This document shows positions 48,968 through 59,665 of a stretch of 64,000 nucleotides of DNA, piece by piece. Positions within the stretch are counted from its first letter, which is position 1; the number at the start of each line of letters is the position of its first letter. The position numbers and the translations under genes were made by a program. The stretch lies in the sequence record PV662128.1. One strand, given 5' to 3'. Under the pieces are notes generated by a model. That model made no database searches. It had not been told where the DNA came from and saw only the letters and a list, made by a program, of their open reading frames with translations.

Positions 48968-51900
48968 GCGTATTATACCAACAGTTCTTCCGTAATTTTG
49001 TTCTTAGGAAAAAACAAGAAATTACAAATCCTAAGTTTCACCATCTGACGGATATGGTGTTGCCGAGAGAATCGGTAATGATGTATCTACCGAAGACGCA
49101 AGAAGATATCGGCCCAAGTACCGAGGAGCCCTTAATAGGGACTTACCCTGATGGGGTTAACATTTATTTCAACAGTCTTTATATAACCCCCATCGGAAGA
49201 ACTCGACCCGTTCCCTTTAACGAAAAGCAATCTATACAGCTTTATCGTAAAAGCCATTTCAAATACAACTGGGCGAGGACGCTGTCCAACTACCTGAGCC
49301 GTCGTCAGGAACTATTGGTAAACAACATAGCGATGGGGCCTCATCGTCACCGTTATGTCTTCACTCGTTTTGTTCAGTTTGAACGAGCTTATAACCAACT
49401 GGCTTCCGGGATCGAAGCGGTTAAACAAATGAGTAAGGAAACGACCCGATATCAGTACTGGCGAATAGAACTTCCTCCAAGCGTCCCCGATTATCGTCAG
49501 CTACTGGTAGCGGTCGATCATTATAAGAAGGCGTTCAAAGACGGTGTTTATACTACCACTGACAATCAGGCGGTACTCCCATTTAAGGGTTACGGGTCTT
49601 ATTGGATTATGGACTGGTATCTCTTCTTGATAGGCGAAAAGAACTACAGTCTGTTTAATCGCTTAGATAAAGAAGAAATGGATAAACTCCACATCATCTT
49701 TAGTCATAATGGGCTCAGCTGGGTAGTTAATCTCGGCATCGTCTCTCAATGGATGGAAGAACTTAACGACAAGCACGGCAATCCCACCAGTATGCGTGTT
49801 AACGCGGCTAAACGGTTCCTGCTTGGATTTAGGGCTCTGATAGCGGGCGGCACGCTAAGTGAAACCATAGAGGAGAAACCTCATGCCGCAGAGAATGTCG
49901 GATTGGGTACTGGAACGCCAGAAGAGGAAAGAAGAAGCCAGGAAGTTAATAAGGAATCAGAAGAAGAACCGCTGGATCTCGATGAGTCTGAAGAGATTAC
50001 TGATCAGTCTGTTACTATGCTTGATCTTTTCATGGGCAGCAAAAAGGCTGATACAGAATCTGATGATGACCAAGGAGGAGAGGATCCAGGAGGAGCTGAT
50101 GAGAATCACGGAGAAGAGTGGGCAGCAGCGGTCGACGATGAATTACTTTATAACGCCGAAACGGAAGGATTAGGGGAAACCAAGAAAGTTATTTTCAGTA
50201 CCCCGGAATCCGGCATCCTGAGAGCCTTAGAGCAAAGAGCCAAGGCCGGGACATTAACTGTTGCGGAACAACGTTATTACACTAATCTCGCGCAATCATA
50301 CAAAACGATCAAAATGCCTAACGGTGAAAGTCTTGAAAGTTTTGTTAAGATTGATCAGGCCAAACTCCGCCACCTTCCTGCTAAAATTGCTCCTGAGATG
50401 AGAGGGATCATCGACCCTTCTCAGCTACAAAGTAGAGCGACGAATCTTAAAACGAAATACTCTGAAGAATTCCTTAACCGGGATATCGCTGGGATGATTC
50501 TTAACGTTCAGAACGCCGGTATCGTTTTAACCGATCTGAAACGTGAACGTATTGTCAATGCGGAATCAGCTTACGACGTTTATACAATGAACGTTCATCC
50601 GGTTGGTGGATCGCCTAAGACCGCGATGTTCCGTATCCCCAAAATTGACAAAGACGGAACCTTCACTGTCGATGGGGTAAAACAGCATCTTCAACTTCAG
50701 CGTATGGAAATACCGATTCGTAAGATAAACTCGGAGCAGGTTGCTTTGACGAGTTATTATGACCGCAAGATCATGATGTCTCGTTCTACCAAGGTCGCCG
50801 ACGATTACGGATTGTGGCTGAACAAGCAGCTTATTCTGTTGGGTGAAGCCGGTAAAGTATCTGGGGTGTTGGGCGATGTCTATAATCGTAGTTACGCTGT
50901 TCCTCGTACTTATTCTGCGTTAGCCAAACGGTATCGGTCATTAAAGGCGGGCGGGATTGAATTCAACTTCGATCTTTCTAGTCTTGTTGGATCAGAGAAA
51001 GAAATCAATAAGCTGATTTCTCCTAACTGGGTTCCGGTGGCTAAAGAAGGTGACGACTTCATCTTTATGGATGATGGCGGTAACCTTTATAAAGATAAGA
51101 CGCACATTGGTTCTTTCGAAAGCCGCTGTGGAATTGACACGACGAAGGCCCCAGTCGATATCGTTACGGTGAATGTAAACGGATACGCTTTCCCTATCGG
51201 GGTAGTGCTCGCTTACTACTTCGGATTCGACGAACTTCTTAAAGCACTCAATGCTGACTATCGGACCGTTCCGGCCGGTGAGAAAGTTCGGATGGGTCAG
51301 GACGAATACGCGATAACCTTTAACGATGAAACGCTCATTTTCAACAGACGAGATAGTTTAACCGCACTCATTATGGGTGGGTTCCGGAAGTTAGCGAATT
51401 TGAGTAACTTCTCTCGCTATGACCTAAACACGAAAGGCGTGTGGGTGCCGGCTATCGGGGATAAGAAAGTCAAACCAGGTCATTTTGATGAAATGCGTTT
51501 GATGTTCGAAATGTTCATCGATCCTATCACCAAATCCGAACTGGTTAAAAGGGGTTATCCGACCGAGCTTCATTATCTCATGATCGAAGGCGTCAAAATG
51601 CTGAACACCGATCGGACTGCTCACGAGATAGAATTAACTGAGCAACGTTTCGTTGGGTATGAACGTTTCGCCGGACGGGTCTATAACGAAATTGTTAAGT
51701 CGACTCGTCAATTCAGGAATAAAGGTAATGACAAACGTTTCACCTTCGATATGAACCCTGAAGCGGTTATCATGAGTATCATCACCGATACGAGTGTAAA
51801 CCTAGTTGAAGAGGTTAACCCCATCCACGAAATCAAAGAACAGGAAGTTGTTACCTTTGGTGGCACTGGTGGGCGAAGTGAAACGACAATGGTCAGACGT

Positions 51901-52111
51901 ACACGTGGTCAGCAAGAGAACTATGCTGGGGTTATCTCCGAGGCTGGTAAAGACTCCGGTAAAGTTGGGTTCGTGAGTTACTTAACGAGCAACCCTAAGA
52001 TCGCCGATTTCCGTGGTAACGTCGACCTAAGCATGCCTGACACTCTGAGCGGCAGACTGTCGGTAACATCCAACCTTTTAGCTCACTCGACCTCCGATGA
52101 CCCCAAACGGT
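48964..52111 (+). CDS. rpoB: virion RNA polymerase beta subunit (phiKZ gp178-like), exon 1
   Basis: VTFGGTGGR, SEAGKDSGKVG, SDDPKR motifs; spliced product predicted 1418 aa. Confidence 0.9.
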
Positions 52112-52125
52112 TAACTGTAATATTT

Positions 52126-52157
52126 TCCTGAGTACAATATTATGTTGAGACTCAGGA
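52126..52157 (+). promoter_or_regulatory. RBS-occluding hairpin with TATG in loop
   Basis: TCCTGAGT..TATTATG..ACTCAGGA covers AGGA of the AGGAG SD before ATG 52168. Confidence 0.65.
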
Positions 52158-52167
52158 GCAAATTAAG

Positions 52168-53220
52168 ATGAAACCAATTGAGTGTAAAGATTTTCCAGGG
52201 TATTACGAGATACCCAATTTTTCCAAGTACTGCATTAATAAAAAATCAGATATTATTCATAAACGCAAAAACAAAAAAATCAGACAGTACGACGTTAAAT
52301 CTTCTGTGACGTCCAGGCCAGAAACCGGGTGTTATAAAAGAGTGACGATGTATTCTGATGATAAAAAACTCCACGCCTTTTCGGTCCATCGGTTAATGGG
52401 CTTGGTGTTTAAACATCCTGGTGCCGGGTTTCACTCTCTACAGGTCCACCACGGAGATGGGATAAAATTTCATAACGACATCGATAACTTAGAATGGGTT
52501 ACACCCAAGACCAATATTGTTTTAGCAAACGATTATTACATGGGTAAAGCTAAAATACCCGTCCAAGCTAGGTCTAAAAACGGTGAAGTTCTAAATTTTT
52601 CTAATCTAAGTGATTGTGCTAAATTACTCGGGATCCATAGGACAACCCTTATCTCCAGATTAAGTACGTTTGGAGAAAAGTTTGTTCACCCAGAGGGCTA
52701 TCAACTGAGGTACGGAAATTCCGATAAGCCATGGGTTGCACCAGACGAAGAATCAGCTAAGGACTTAGATGAGTTTTACTCGTCACCCATTTTGGTAAAA
52801 AATCTCAACACTGGCGAAGTGAGGGAATTTAAAACAGCCAAAGGCGTGATGGAATTAATAGTAAGATCTCCGTCAAGCATAAGTACTTTGAGTAATGATT
52901 CGACTCAACCCATTGTGATGGGTAAAGATAACGTACCGTACATTCTCATAAAAAAATATTCTGGGGTCGATTTCAGGAGAGTTGACGATCCAATGAATGA
53001 TTTTGTCGAACAACAGACCAATACCAGAACGGTAGTTGCGACGAATGTTACGACTAATGAGAAGAGAGTTTATACGACCGCGCAGGCGTGCGCATCTGAT
53101 TTTGGAATAGGGAAAACTACACTTAATTGGCGTCTTAAGAAACCCATCCCTGGTGTTTTCGACGGATGGATTTTTAGATATTACGAGGCCCGTATGGGAG
53201 GAAACACCCATACGCAATAA
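52168..53220 (+). CDS. intron-encoded HNH homing endonuclease
   Basis: NUMOD4-like N-terminus FPGYYEI, VHRLMG, VHHGDGIKFHNDIDNLEWVTPKTN; three C-terminal repeats. Confidence 0.88.
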   Translation: MKPIECKDFPGYYEIPNFSKYCINKKSDIIHKRKNKKIRQYDVKSSVTSRPETGCYKRVTMYSDDKKLHAFSVHRLMGLVFKHPGAGFHSLQVHHGDGIKFHNDIDNLEWVTPKTNIVLANDYYMGKAKIPVQARSKNGEVLNFSNLSDCAKLLGIHRTTLISRLSTFGEKFVHPEGYQLRYGNSDKPWVAPDEESAKDLDEFYSSPILVKNLNTGEVREFKTAKGVMELIVRSPSSISTLSNDSTQPIVMGKDNVPYILIKKYSGVDFRRVDDPMNDFVEQQTNTRTVVATNVTTNEKRVYTTAQACASDFGIGKTTLNWRLKKPIPGVFDGWIFRYYEARMGGNTHTQ

Positions 53221-53545
53221 TCTTTAATTGTTCTGGGACGATCTCGAAGACTCTCATACCAAAGCGGAATACGAAAGTATAGACGTCATGGTTTTAAAAG
53301 TTGAGAAGAGAGACGATCTAGCAGCGAAGCACCTACGTATCTTCGAGAGAAGAGATAGGGTGAACGTTCAACGACTATGGGTGAAACTCCCAGTAGAGAG
53401 TACATGATGTAATCTCGAAACAGGATTCCCTTCGAGTGTGCTGTAGAAGCACAATACTCATGGGTGAAATATAGTCTGCTCCCTACGGCGACGTAGCGGC
53501 GGGTGTCATAGCACACCGGGTTGATGGAAGCAACTGGACAATAGG

Positions 53546-54654
53546 CACTTTTCTCAGGGGTTCAGCAAAGTCAGGGGGTGTCTGCGACTAACTATCAGAC
53601 CAACTGGTTACGTACCGGGGATGAATTGGTTATCGCACACCGGACATCCGAGCTTTATTCTAAACCTGCTAAGCTCGATGGTAAAGTTATAAAGCTTACT
53701 AAAGAAGGTTTAGTGGTCGAATACAAGGATGGAACGACGGACAGTTACCCATTGGGCTTAACCATCGGTAGTGCGTCTGGTGAATTCCACAGACACACAA
53801 GAGTCACTGATTTAAAAGTCGGTGATAGTTTCAATGCCGGAGATATCATCGGTTGGGACGAAATGTACTTTGAAAGGGATTTGGCTAACCCTAATCAGGT
53901 GGCGTGGAAATGCGGGGTAATGGTGAGGATTGCCTTTGTTGAGAATCAGTTCACGTTTGAAGACTCCATTGAGGTTTCTAAAGACTTCGCTGAGCAGACG
54001 AAAACGCCTTATTTGAAGTTGAAAGAATTCTCTTTAGACTTCGAACAAACTCTCGTCCCTCACGTAGAAGTCGGGTCGGAAGTCGACATGGACGCGATTT
54101 TATGCTCGATAGAGGATCCCCACGTAAGTGGTCTGGACGATTCTGATGACACTTTCTCAGGATTAGAGCGTTTAGGGGTTAAACAAATTCGGTCTAACCA
54201 TCATGGCCGTGTTGTTAAAATTGAGTGTGTTTATAACGGTTCAATTGAAGACATGTCAGATAGCCTGAAAGGGTTTGTGACTAAGTTAGATAAAGAACGT
54301 CAGCAGCTCAATAAGGTCACTCATACCGGGATCGTTAACGGTAACGTTGGGGGAAACACGTATGTTAAGAAAGCCAGTGTTGAACCTAATCGGGTTACGG
54401 TTAAAATCTTTATTGAGGATCTCAATAGCTCCGAAACCGCCGATAAATTTGTGGTCGGTAACCAGATGAAAGGTACCGTGGGGAATATCGTGAACTACAC
54501 AATGCGTACACTGGATGGTCGTATTGTCAAGATTCGATTCTCATTTAAATCGATGTTCAACCGCATGGTTCTGAGCTTACGAGATAAAATGGGTATCAAT
54601 GAAGTTAACGCCAACCGCACTTCGGCAGCAGTTAAAGCTTTCAGAGGAAAATAA
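53546..54654 (+). CDS. rpoB: virion RNA polymerase beta subunit, exon 2
   Basis: LRTG, FTFEDSI, ADKFVVGNQMKGTVG RpoB motifs; frame open back to the splice site. Confidence 0.88.
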
Positions 54655-54655
54655 A

Positions 54656-55516
54656 ATGTCTATCGCCCTAACCAAAGCGATTAAAGATATCCAGGTATCT
54701 TTAAAAGAGGTGGGGCTTTATCCTTCTAAGATCGATGGTGTATGGGGGGATGGAAGTTCGACTGGCTTCCTTACCCTCATCAACTATTATGCGTCTAAAG
54801 AAGGTAAAGCGTCTCAAGTTAAAATCGGTCCTAAAGTCGGCAACGAAGTAGCCTTTAAAACAGTTCAGCAACAACTCCAAAACATCGGGCTTTACACCGG
54901 CACGATCGACGGACTTTGGGGTAACGGAACCAAAACCGCTTTGGCAACTCTGAACAGCGCCTTCCGTTTAGGTTATCAACTGCCTAAATACAGCGCATGC
55001 TGGAGTAAGAAGGTTGAACCGGCATTCGTTGCCCGTTGTAAGAAATGGGTGGACGACGAAGCTCTGGTTCCTGAATGCCTTGATTTCGTCATGGCGATTA
55101 TGTGCTTCGAATCGGGCGGTACTTTCCGACCAGATATTCAGAATGGTGCCGGTGCCAACTATTGGGGTTTAATCCAATTCGGTACTGCGGCCGCAACCGA
55201 TCTGGGTACTACTCTTGACAAACTCAAGAAGATGACTCAGATGGAGCAACTGGAGTATGTGTTTAAATACTTCAAGATGCGGATGAGATCGTATAAACTG
55301 AAAAGTCTGGAAGATTTCTATATGTCAGTATTTTACCCGGCCGCAATAGGTAAATCTCCTGACACCATGATCTTCGCCAATGGTTCCGTTGGCTATCGTC
55401 AGAACATCGGTCTGGACGTTGACAAAGACGGTAAGATTACCGTTGGAGAAATCAGCGTTAAAATCTATCAAACTTACTACGACGGGATGCTACCCGTTAA
55501 TCGGAGAATTGTCTAA
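54656..55516 (+). CDS. modular endolysin: two peptidoglycan-binding repeats plus lysozyme/SLT-like domain
   Basis: GLYPSKIDGVWG and GLYTGTIDGLWG repeats; CFESGGTF..GLIQFG catalytic motif; start refined to ATG 54656. Confidence 0.85.
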   Translation: MSIALTKAIKDIQVSLKEVGLYPSKIDGVWGDGSSTGFLTLINYYASKEGKASQVKIGPKVGNEVAFKTVQQQLQNIGLYTGTIDGLWGNGTKTALATLNSAFRLGYQLPKYSACWSKKVEPAFVARCKKWVDDEALVPECLDFVMAIMCFESGGTFRPDIQNGAGANYWGLIQFGTAAATDLGTTLDKLKKMTQMEQLEYVFKYFKMRMRSYKLKSLEDFYMSVFYPAAIGKSPDTMIFANGSVGYRQNIGLDVDKDGKITVGEISVKIYQTYYDGMLPVNRRIV

Positions 55517-55677
55517 TGGACGATACCATTAAAGAAGCGGTCGCTATCGCCAATTTGTTTGAATTGGTTAAAGCAACGACCGGGAAAGTTGGACTTGAAT
55601 ATATGGCCCCCATTGATGATTCTCGTGCCGACGAAATTATCAGCGGTGCTATCAACGCGGCAGTAAAAGGACAATAA
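55516..55677 (+). CDS. small hypothetical protein (53 aa, not in ORF track)
   Basis: TAATG-coupled to endolysin stop, ends 2 nt before the next ATG. Confidence 0.65.
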   Translation: MDDTIKEAVAIANLFELVKATTGKVGLEYMAPIDDSRADEIISGAINAAVKGQ

Positions 55678-55679
55678 CA

Positions 55680-57179
55680 ATGATCAAGCAATCTTCCGTT
55701 TTCATTGCGTTGCCTATCGCAGAAAGTTTGGTTGGTGTTAACAAAACCTTTGCTGATAAAAGCCATCCGCTCATTAAAGGCCTAAGCGATTGCAGCTATG
55801 GTCTGGTTCCTTATACCCTCGATAACCTTCCTTTGACTTTACCGGAAGTTACTCACGAGGAAATGGAACACGGCTTGCTGCTGGATGAAGCCAGTACAAC
55901 GCTCGCCGAATCTGTCCGTAAAAGTTTCCAGCAGATCAGCCATTACCTCAAGCCTTTCGCGAAAAATCTCATCGAAGAAATCTACAAGGCCACGGATATC
56001 GATGAAGACGCCACACGTCAGATTTTTGACCGTCTTCAGATTGAATACCGTAAGCTCGATTACGGTTTCTTCGACAGCCCGTTTTACCCGAAAGAGATCG
56101 ACTCCACTATCGACTACAGCAAGATCCCTCTGAAAGATCTGATGTTGCCGGATAACACAGTCGATAAAGACTTCACTGGGTTCGCTGAGTATATCCAGGC
56201 GCCTAACGCAGAGATCAAAGAGATCTTCGAAGCATATCAGCCAGGCTGGGCGTTCGATAAATTTATTGGGAACAACAACTGGGCTGACGTCTTCAATATT
56301 TTCAACGGCAATGTTGATCTGACAACGGCCGGTTACAAAGACCCAGCTCCTCTGTTCAGCCTGTACGTACTGTTTACGAAAATGAAAGCGGATGAAAATC
56401 CGGCTCCGTTCGTAAAAAATATCGAACTCCATCAGTATCGTGGTTACGTCAACCGGATGCACAACTTCCTGACTGTAGCGCTTGTTTTTTGTTCTCGCTA
56501 CTATCAGGGTTTGAAACTCACCCCAATGCCTGTTTTGTCTTTGGTGGGCAAAATGGAAATGGATCGTGGGATTAACCTTCTGCGCGGTAAAATTGTCGTA
56601 GGTCTTACTAAAAAAGGTCTCGATCTTTACGCAGCAGCAGCACCCGACGGTTCTGTGAGTGAAGCACTGGCTGGTAAGGCCGTCGCCATGATCGCAACCA
56701 AGTCTGATAAAGCTGGTTTGAACATCATCGCTGGCGCAGAGTACTTCCAAGAAGTATTCCGTAATTACCTGGCTGGGGTAACGGGATCTCTGAACGCTAA
56801 GATCACTGAATCCTGCCGGGATGCCGTTGAAAACGCACTGATCAAGTTCCAGAACGAACACGCGGAACTCAAAGATACCGTGATGGGTCTCAATGACAAA
56901 ATTGAATTCCGTCGTCTGAGCCACGCTCTGCAGTCTGACGTGGATTCGTTTGTCGGTGGTTATAAATCGCAAGTTGTCGCTAACGGTGTTCCGTTACCTA
57001 AATACGTTATGGGATCTGATCTCGTTGCGTCTCTGGGTAACCTGATGGGTATGACGTTCGCGGCAGATGTACTGCGCACCAGTTCTCGTTTGATCGGTTC
57101 AGGCGAAATCACCGACGTTCAGAAACGCGAAGCACTGACTGAAGCGGTTGTAAAATCTTTAGTTAAACATCTTGTCTAA
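55680..57179 (+). CDS. conserved phiKZ-like protein (gp177 position)
   Basis: 499 aa, strong codon bias, synteny with RNAP beta and protease. Confidence 0.7.
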   Translation: MIKQSSVFIALPIAESLVGVNKTFADKSHPLIKGLSDCSYGLVPYTLDNLPLTLPEVTHEEMEHGLLLDEASTTLAESVRKSFQQISHYLKPFAKNLIEEIYKATDIDEDATRQIFDRLQIEYRKLDYGFFDSPFYPKEIDSTIDYSKIPLKDLMLPDNTVDKDFTGFAEYIQAPNAEIKEIFEAYQPGWAFDKFIGNNNWADVFNIFNGNVDLTTAGYKDPAPLFSLYVLFTKMKADENPAPFVKNIELHQYRGYVNRMHNFLTVALVFCSRYYQGLKLTPMPVLSLVGKMEMDRGINLLRGKIVVGLTKKGLDLYAAAAPDGSVSEALAGKAVAMIATKSDKAGLNIIAGAEYFQEVFRNYLAGVTGSLNAKITESCRDAVENALIKFQNEHAELKDTVMGLNDKIEFRRLSHALQSDVDSFVGGYKSQVVANGVPLPKYVMGSDLVASLGNLMGMTFAADVLRTSSRLIGSGEITDVQKREALTEAVVKSLVKHLV

Positions 57180-57194
57180 TCGGGAATTTAATCC

Positions 57195-57920
57195 ATGAAC
57201 TATTCGGCTCTAACGAGAAATAAGGATCGGGTCTTTAAAGCATTAAAAGAGTTAGAGGACCATTCGGTTATCGCTCTGGAGCCGTTAGAGGTTCATATCC
57301 CCAAACGCTTTATCGAGCGATCATTAGCCGATATCGGTGATAAGGTTGAAACGATCGGCGTTCTGGGGATCGTGATTCCCGATGTCGCTTATTGCTGCAT
57401 GTATCGCGTCGCTACGGTGACGCTGTCGCCAAGTAACATCCGGGAAATCACATTAGACGGAGTGAGATATGTCGTGTTGGATTTCGAGAAAGGGGACACG
57501 GTCTTTAACAACATCGAAGTCGTTAAAGACGAACATCTCAACTACTCTTACTACATGGAGTTTGGGTATTTCGCAAGGATCCCTTGGTACGTCGACGTAA
57601 CGATGGCGCCTAAGCTTTTCGATTACGCAGGACTGATCACTGGTAAGAAAGTAGGGACGAGTCCTCAGGTATTCAGGGTGCTTTACGGATTGTCCTATCG
57701 AGATCCCGATAACTACGAAATCGCTTATCGCTACGGTCCAGGAATTAAGGCCGGGAAGAAACCTCACCTGGTGGGGCTCAATAACGGCAGCATGTTGATA
57801 GATGGAACATTCAACCGCCTCATGGGCGGATATCTGGCCGACAACACCATTGCGGCTATTCTTAATCCTGATACCAAAGTCACTGATTCAGAAAAAGTGA
57901 TGAAGGGATCGCCAGAATAA
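57195..57920 (+). CDS. conserved phiKZ-like protein (gp176 position)
   Basis: 241 aa, synteny. Confidence 0.7.
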   Translation: MNYSALTRNKDRVFKALKELEDHSVIALEPLEVHIPKRFIERSLADIGDKVETIGVLGIVIPDVAYCCMYRVATVTLSPSNIREITLDGVRYVVLDFEKGDTVFNNIEVVKDEHLNYSYYMEFGYFARIPWYVDVTMAPKLFDYAGLITGKKVGTSPQVFRVLYGLSYRDPDNYEIAYRYGPGIKAGKKPHLVGLNNGSMLIDGTFNRLMGGYLADNTIAAILNPDTKVTDSEKVMKGSPE

Positions 57921-57934
57921 AATAAGGGTAAACC

Positions 57935-58798
57935 GTGAGTCAGTTTTCTTTCGGCAACATTATTCTTGCCAGCAATGGTAAGAAAGGACTACTAAAGCCG
58001 ATCGATGATTCTGGTTACTATCTGCTTAACGCGGGGGGATTCAACGTCCCTAACCGTAACAGGATTAAATATACTGCCAATCAGTATATTCAAGAGTGTA
58101 TGTCCGAGGACTCCGATCTCATGCGTCGCATTAAACGCGGTGAGGTTTATGGGGAATGCGGGCATCCTCCTATGTTCTTTTACGAACGCGTCAACGGTGT
58201 GATAGTAAGAACCAAGATCACCGATCTTTATCAATGGATCATGCGTCTTAAAACTATCGACATGGACAGGGCGGCTTTCCACATTCGCAATATCCATTTT
58301 GATACCGACGCATGGACCCCTAACAACAACGGCCCGATCTATAACAGTATCGAAGTTAAACCTTACCTCTCAACCGTGTTTGGTAAGATGTTTGAAGAGA
58401 ACCTGTTAACACCTGATATGAACACCTCTGTTTCTATCAGGACGGTCACCGCTCCTCAGCAATTCGGTCATAAGACTCGTGAGGTCGAATACTTCACTGG
58501 TTACGATTGGGTTTATGAAGCAGGCATGGATTGGGCTAACAAACACATGACTGCAGGATGCGAAGCATTCCTACAAGAAATGGTGTTTGATGAAAAACAA
58601 TCCATGACGCTGGATACCGATACAGCCATTCAGCTGATCGAAGCAGGACTGGAGAAGGTGGACAATATTCGTAGCGTTGAGGGTGTCGAAGCCTTTGAAT
58701 CTATCAAAGGACTGCTCGGGTCTCTTAAACGTCACAACGAAGATCGTAAACAGAAACACACCATTTCTTACGCTTCTAACTGCCTGGATTTATTCTGA
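57935..58798 (+). CDS. prohead (head maturation) protease, phiKZ gp175-like
   Basis: LNAGGFN, YGECGHP (His), VSIR (Ser), YDWV (Asp); start GTG. Confidence 0.85.
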   Translation: MSQFSFGNIILASNGKKGLLKPIDDSGYYLLNAGGFNVPNRNRIKYTANQYIQECMSEDSDLMRRIKRGEVYGECGHPPMFFYERVNGVIVRTKITDLYQWIMRLKTIDMDRAAFHIRNIHFDTDAWTPNNNGPIYNSIEVKPYLSTVFGKMFEENLLTPDMNTSVSIRTVTAPQQFGHKTREVEYFTGYDWVYEAGMDWANKHMTAGCEAFLQEMVFDEKQSMTLDTDTAIQLIEAGLEKVDNIRSVEGVEAFESIKGLLGSLKRHNEDRKQKHTISYASNCLDLF

Positions 58799-58800
58799 TG

Positions 58801-58830
58801 ATAACTGGAGAGGGAAACCTCTCCAGTTAT
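58801..58830 (+). terminator. stem-loop terminator
   Basis: ATAACTGGAGAGG-GAAA-CCTCTCCAGTTAT plus T run. Confidence 0.8.
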
Positions 58831-58884
58831 TTTTTACTCACATCCTATTTTTATGTCGACATAACACAATAAGCGAGTTTAACC

Positions 58885-59535
58885 ATGTTTAAGAAAGATC
58901 TCTCACTCACTCAACTTAACGATCTGGCAGCAATCAATTTTCTGGTAACCACCCCTCTGGAAGTTAAATTGATCACCAACCTTTACGGCGAGATGGAACG
59001 TATTTGGAGTCAGATGCGCGATCAATATGGCGAGCATCTCATCGAACGCAATCTCGGCGGCGGGGTTAAATCTGACGGTGTAAGAGATTATGCCGAGAAA
59101 CTCACTGTTCTCGTTTTTAACTCCATCGGGTCATTCCAGCGCGGTCTGTCAAAGAAAACCATCGGTGATAAAAATGATGAAGCGACGACGCTCATTCGCC
59201 GCGTACCGGCATACACTGATCTGTCAAACGAAAAACTTTTCAAGATCTTCATGATCAACCTCTTCGGTTACGACGAAGATCTTATCGCAATCTCTTTTGC
59301 GACTAACGATAAAGATCGTAGCAAGCTGCTCTTCCGCTACATCCTCAATCGTTTTGACATCGTTCGTAACAATCCTGAGTCCGAAGAACTTATGGAAGGT
59401 TTCTATCCTGATAACTTCTTCGAGATCGTTGCCGAAAGGCCAAGCGACGTTTATCAGGAATGTTTCGCGTACATCGTGGAACAGGGTTATCCAGTCATGA
59501 AAGCGCTGCAGTACTACGCGTCCTCATTACGCTAA
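58885..59535 (+). CDS. conserved hypothetical protein (gp174 position)
   Basis: 216 aa, synteny. Confidence 0.7.
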   Translation: MFKKDLSLTQLNDLAAINFLVTTPLEVKLITNLYGEMERIWSQMRDQYGEHLIERNLGGGVKSDGVRDYAEKLTVLVFNSIGSFQRGLSKKTIGDKNDEATTLIRRVPAYTDLSNEKLFKIFMINLFGYDEDLIAISFATNDKDRSKLLFRYILNRFDIVRNNPESEELMEGFYPDNFFEIVAERPSDVYQECFAYIVEQGYPVMKALQYYASSLR

Positions 59536-59665
59536 AAGTTTTAAGACCTATATAACTAAGGTGAGGCAAACACAGACAAAACAGTCTGGGTGATGTTGTA
59601 ACATCATCTTTTTGTTTCCTCATCTTTCTTATTTTAACATCCAATTTATTATCGAGGACCGAAGA

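Larger units (their letters stand above)
52112..53545 (+). mobile_element. group I intron in vRNAP beta, HNH gene in 5' part
   Basis: GTTCAACGACTA (53366), ATATAGTC (53469), GGACAATAGG end; U|intron-G|CA join gives DDPKRSLFSGVQQSQ. Confidence 0.87.

Noticed and set aside
53286-53516. Minus-strand 76-aa ORF
   Set aside because: Antisense to the intron 2 ribozyme core; no RBS or protein features
55839-56972. 377-aa minus-strand ORF (similarly 22770..23315, 23361..23930, 41410..42009, 63406..63825)
   Set aside because: Antisense shadows of strongly codon-biased genes; no motifs or RBS
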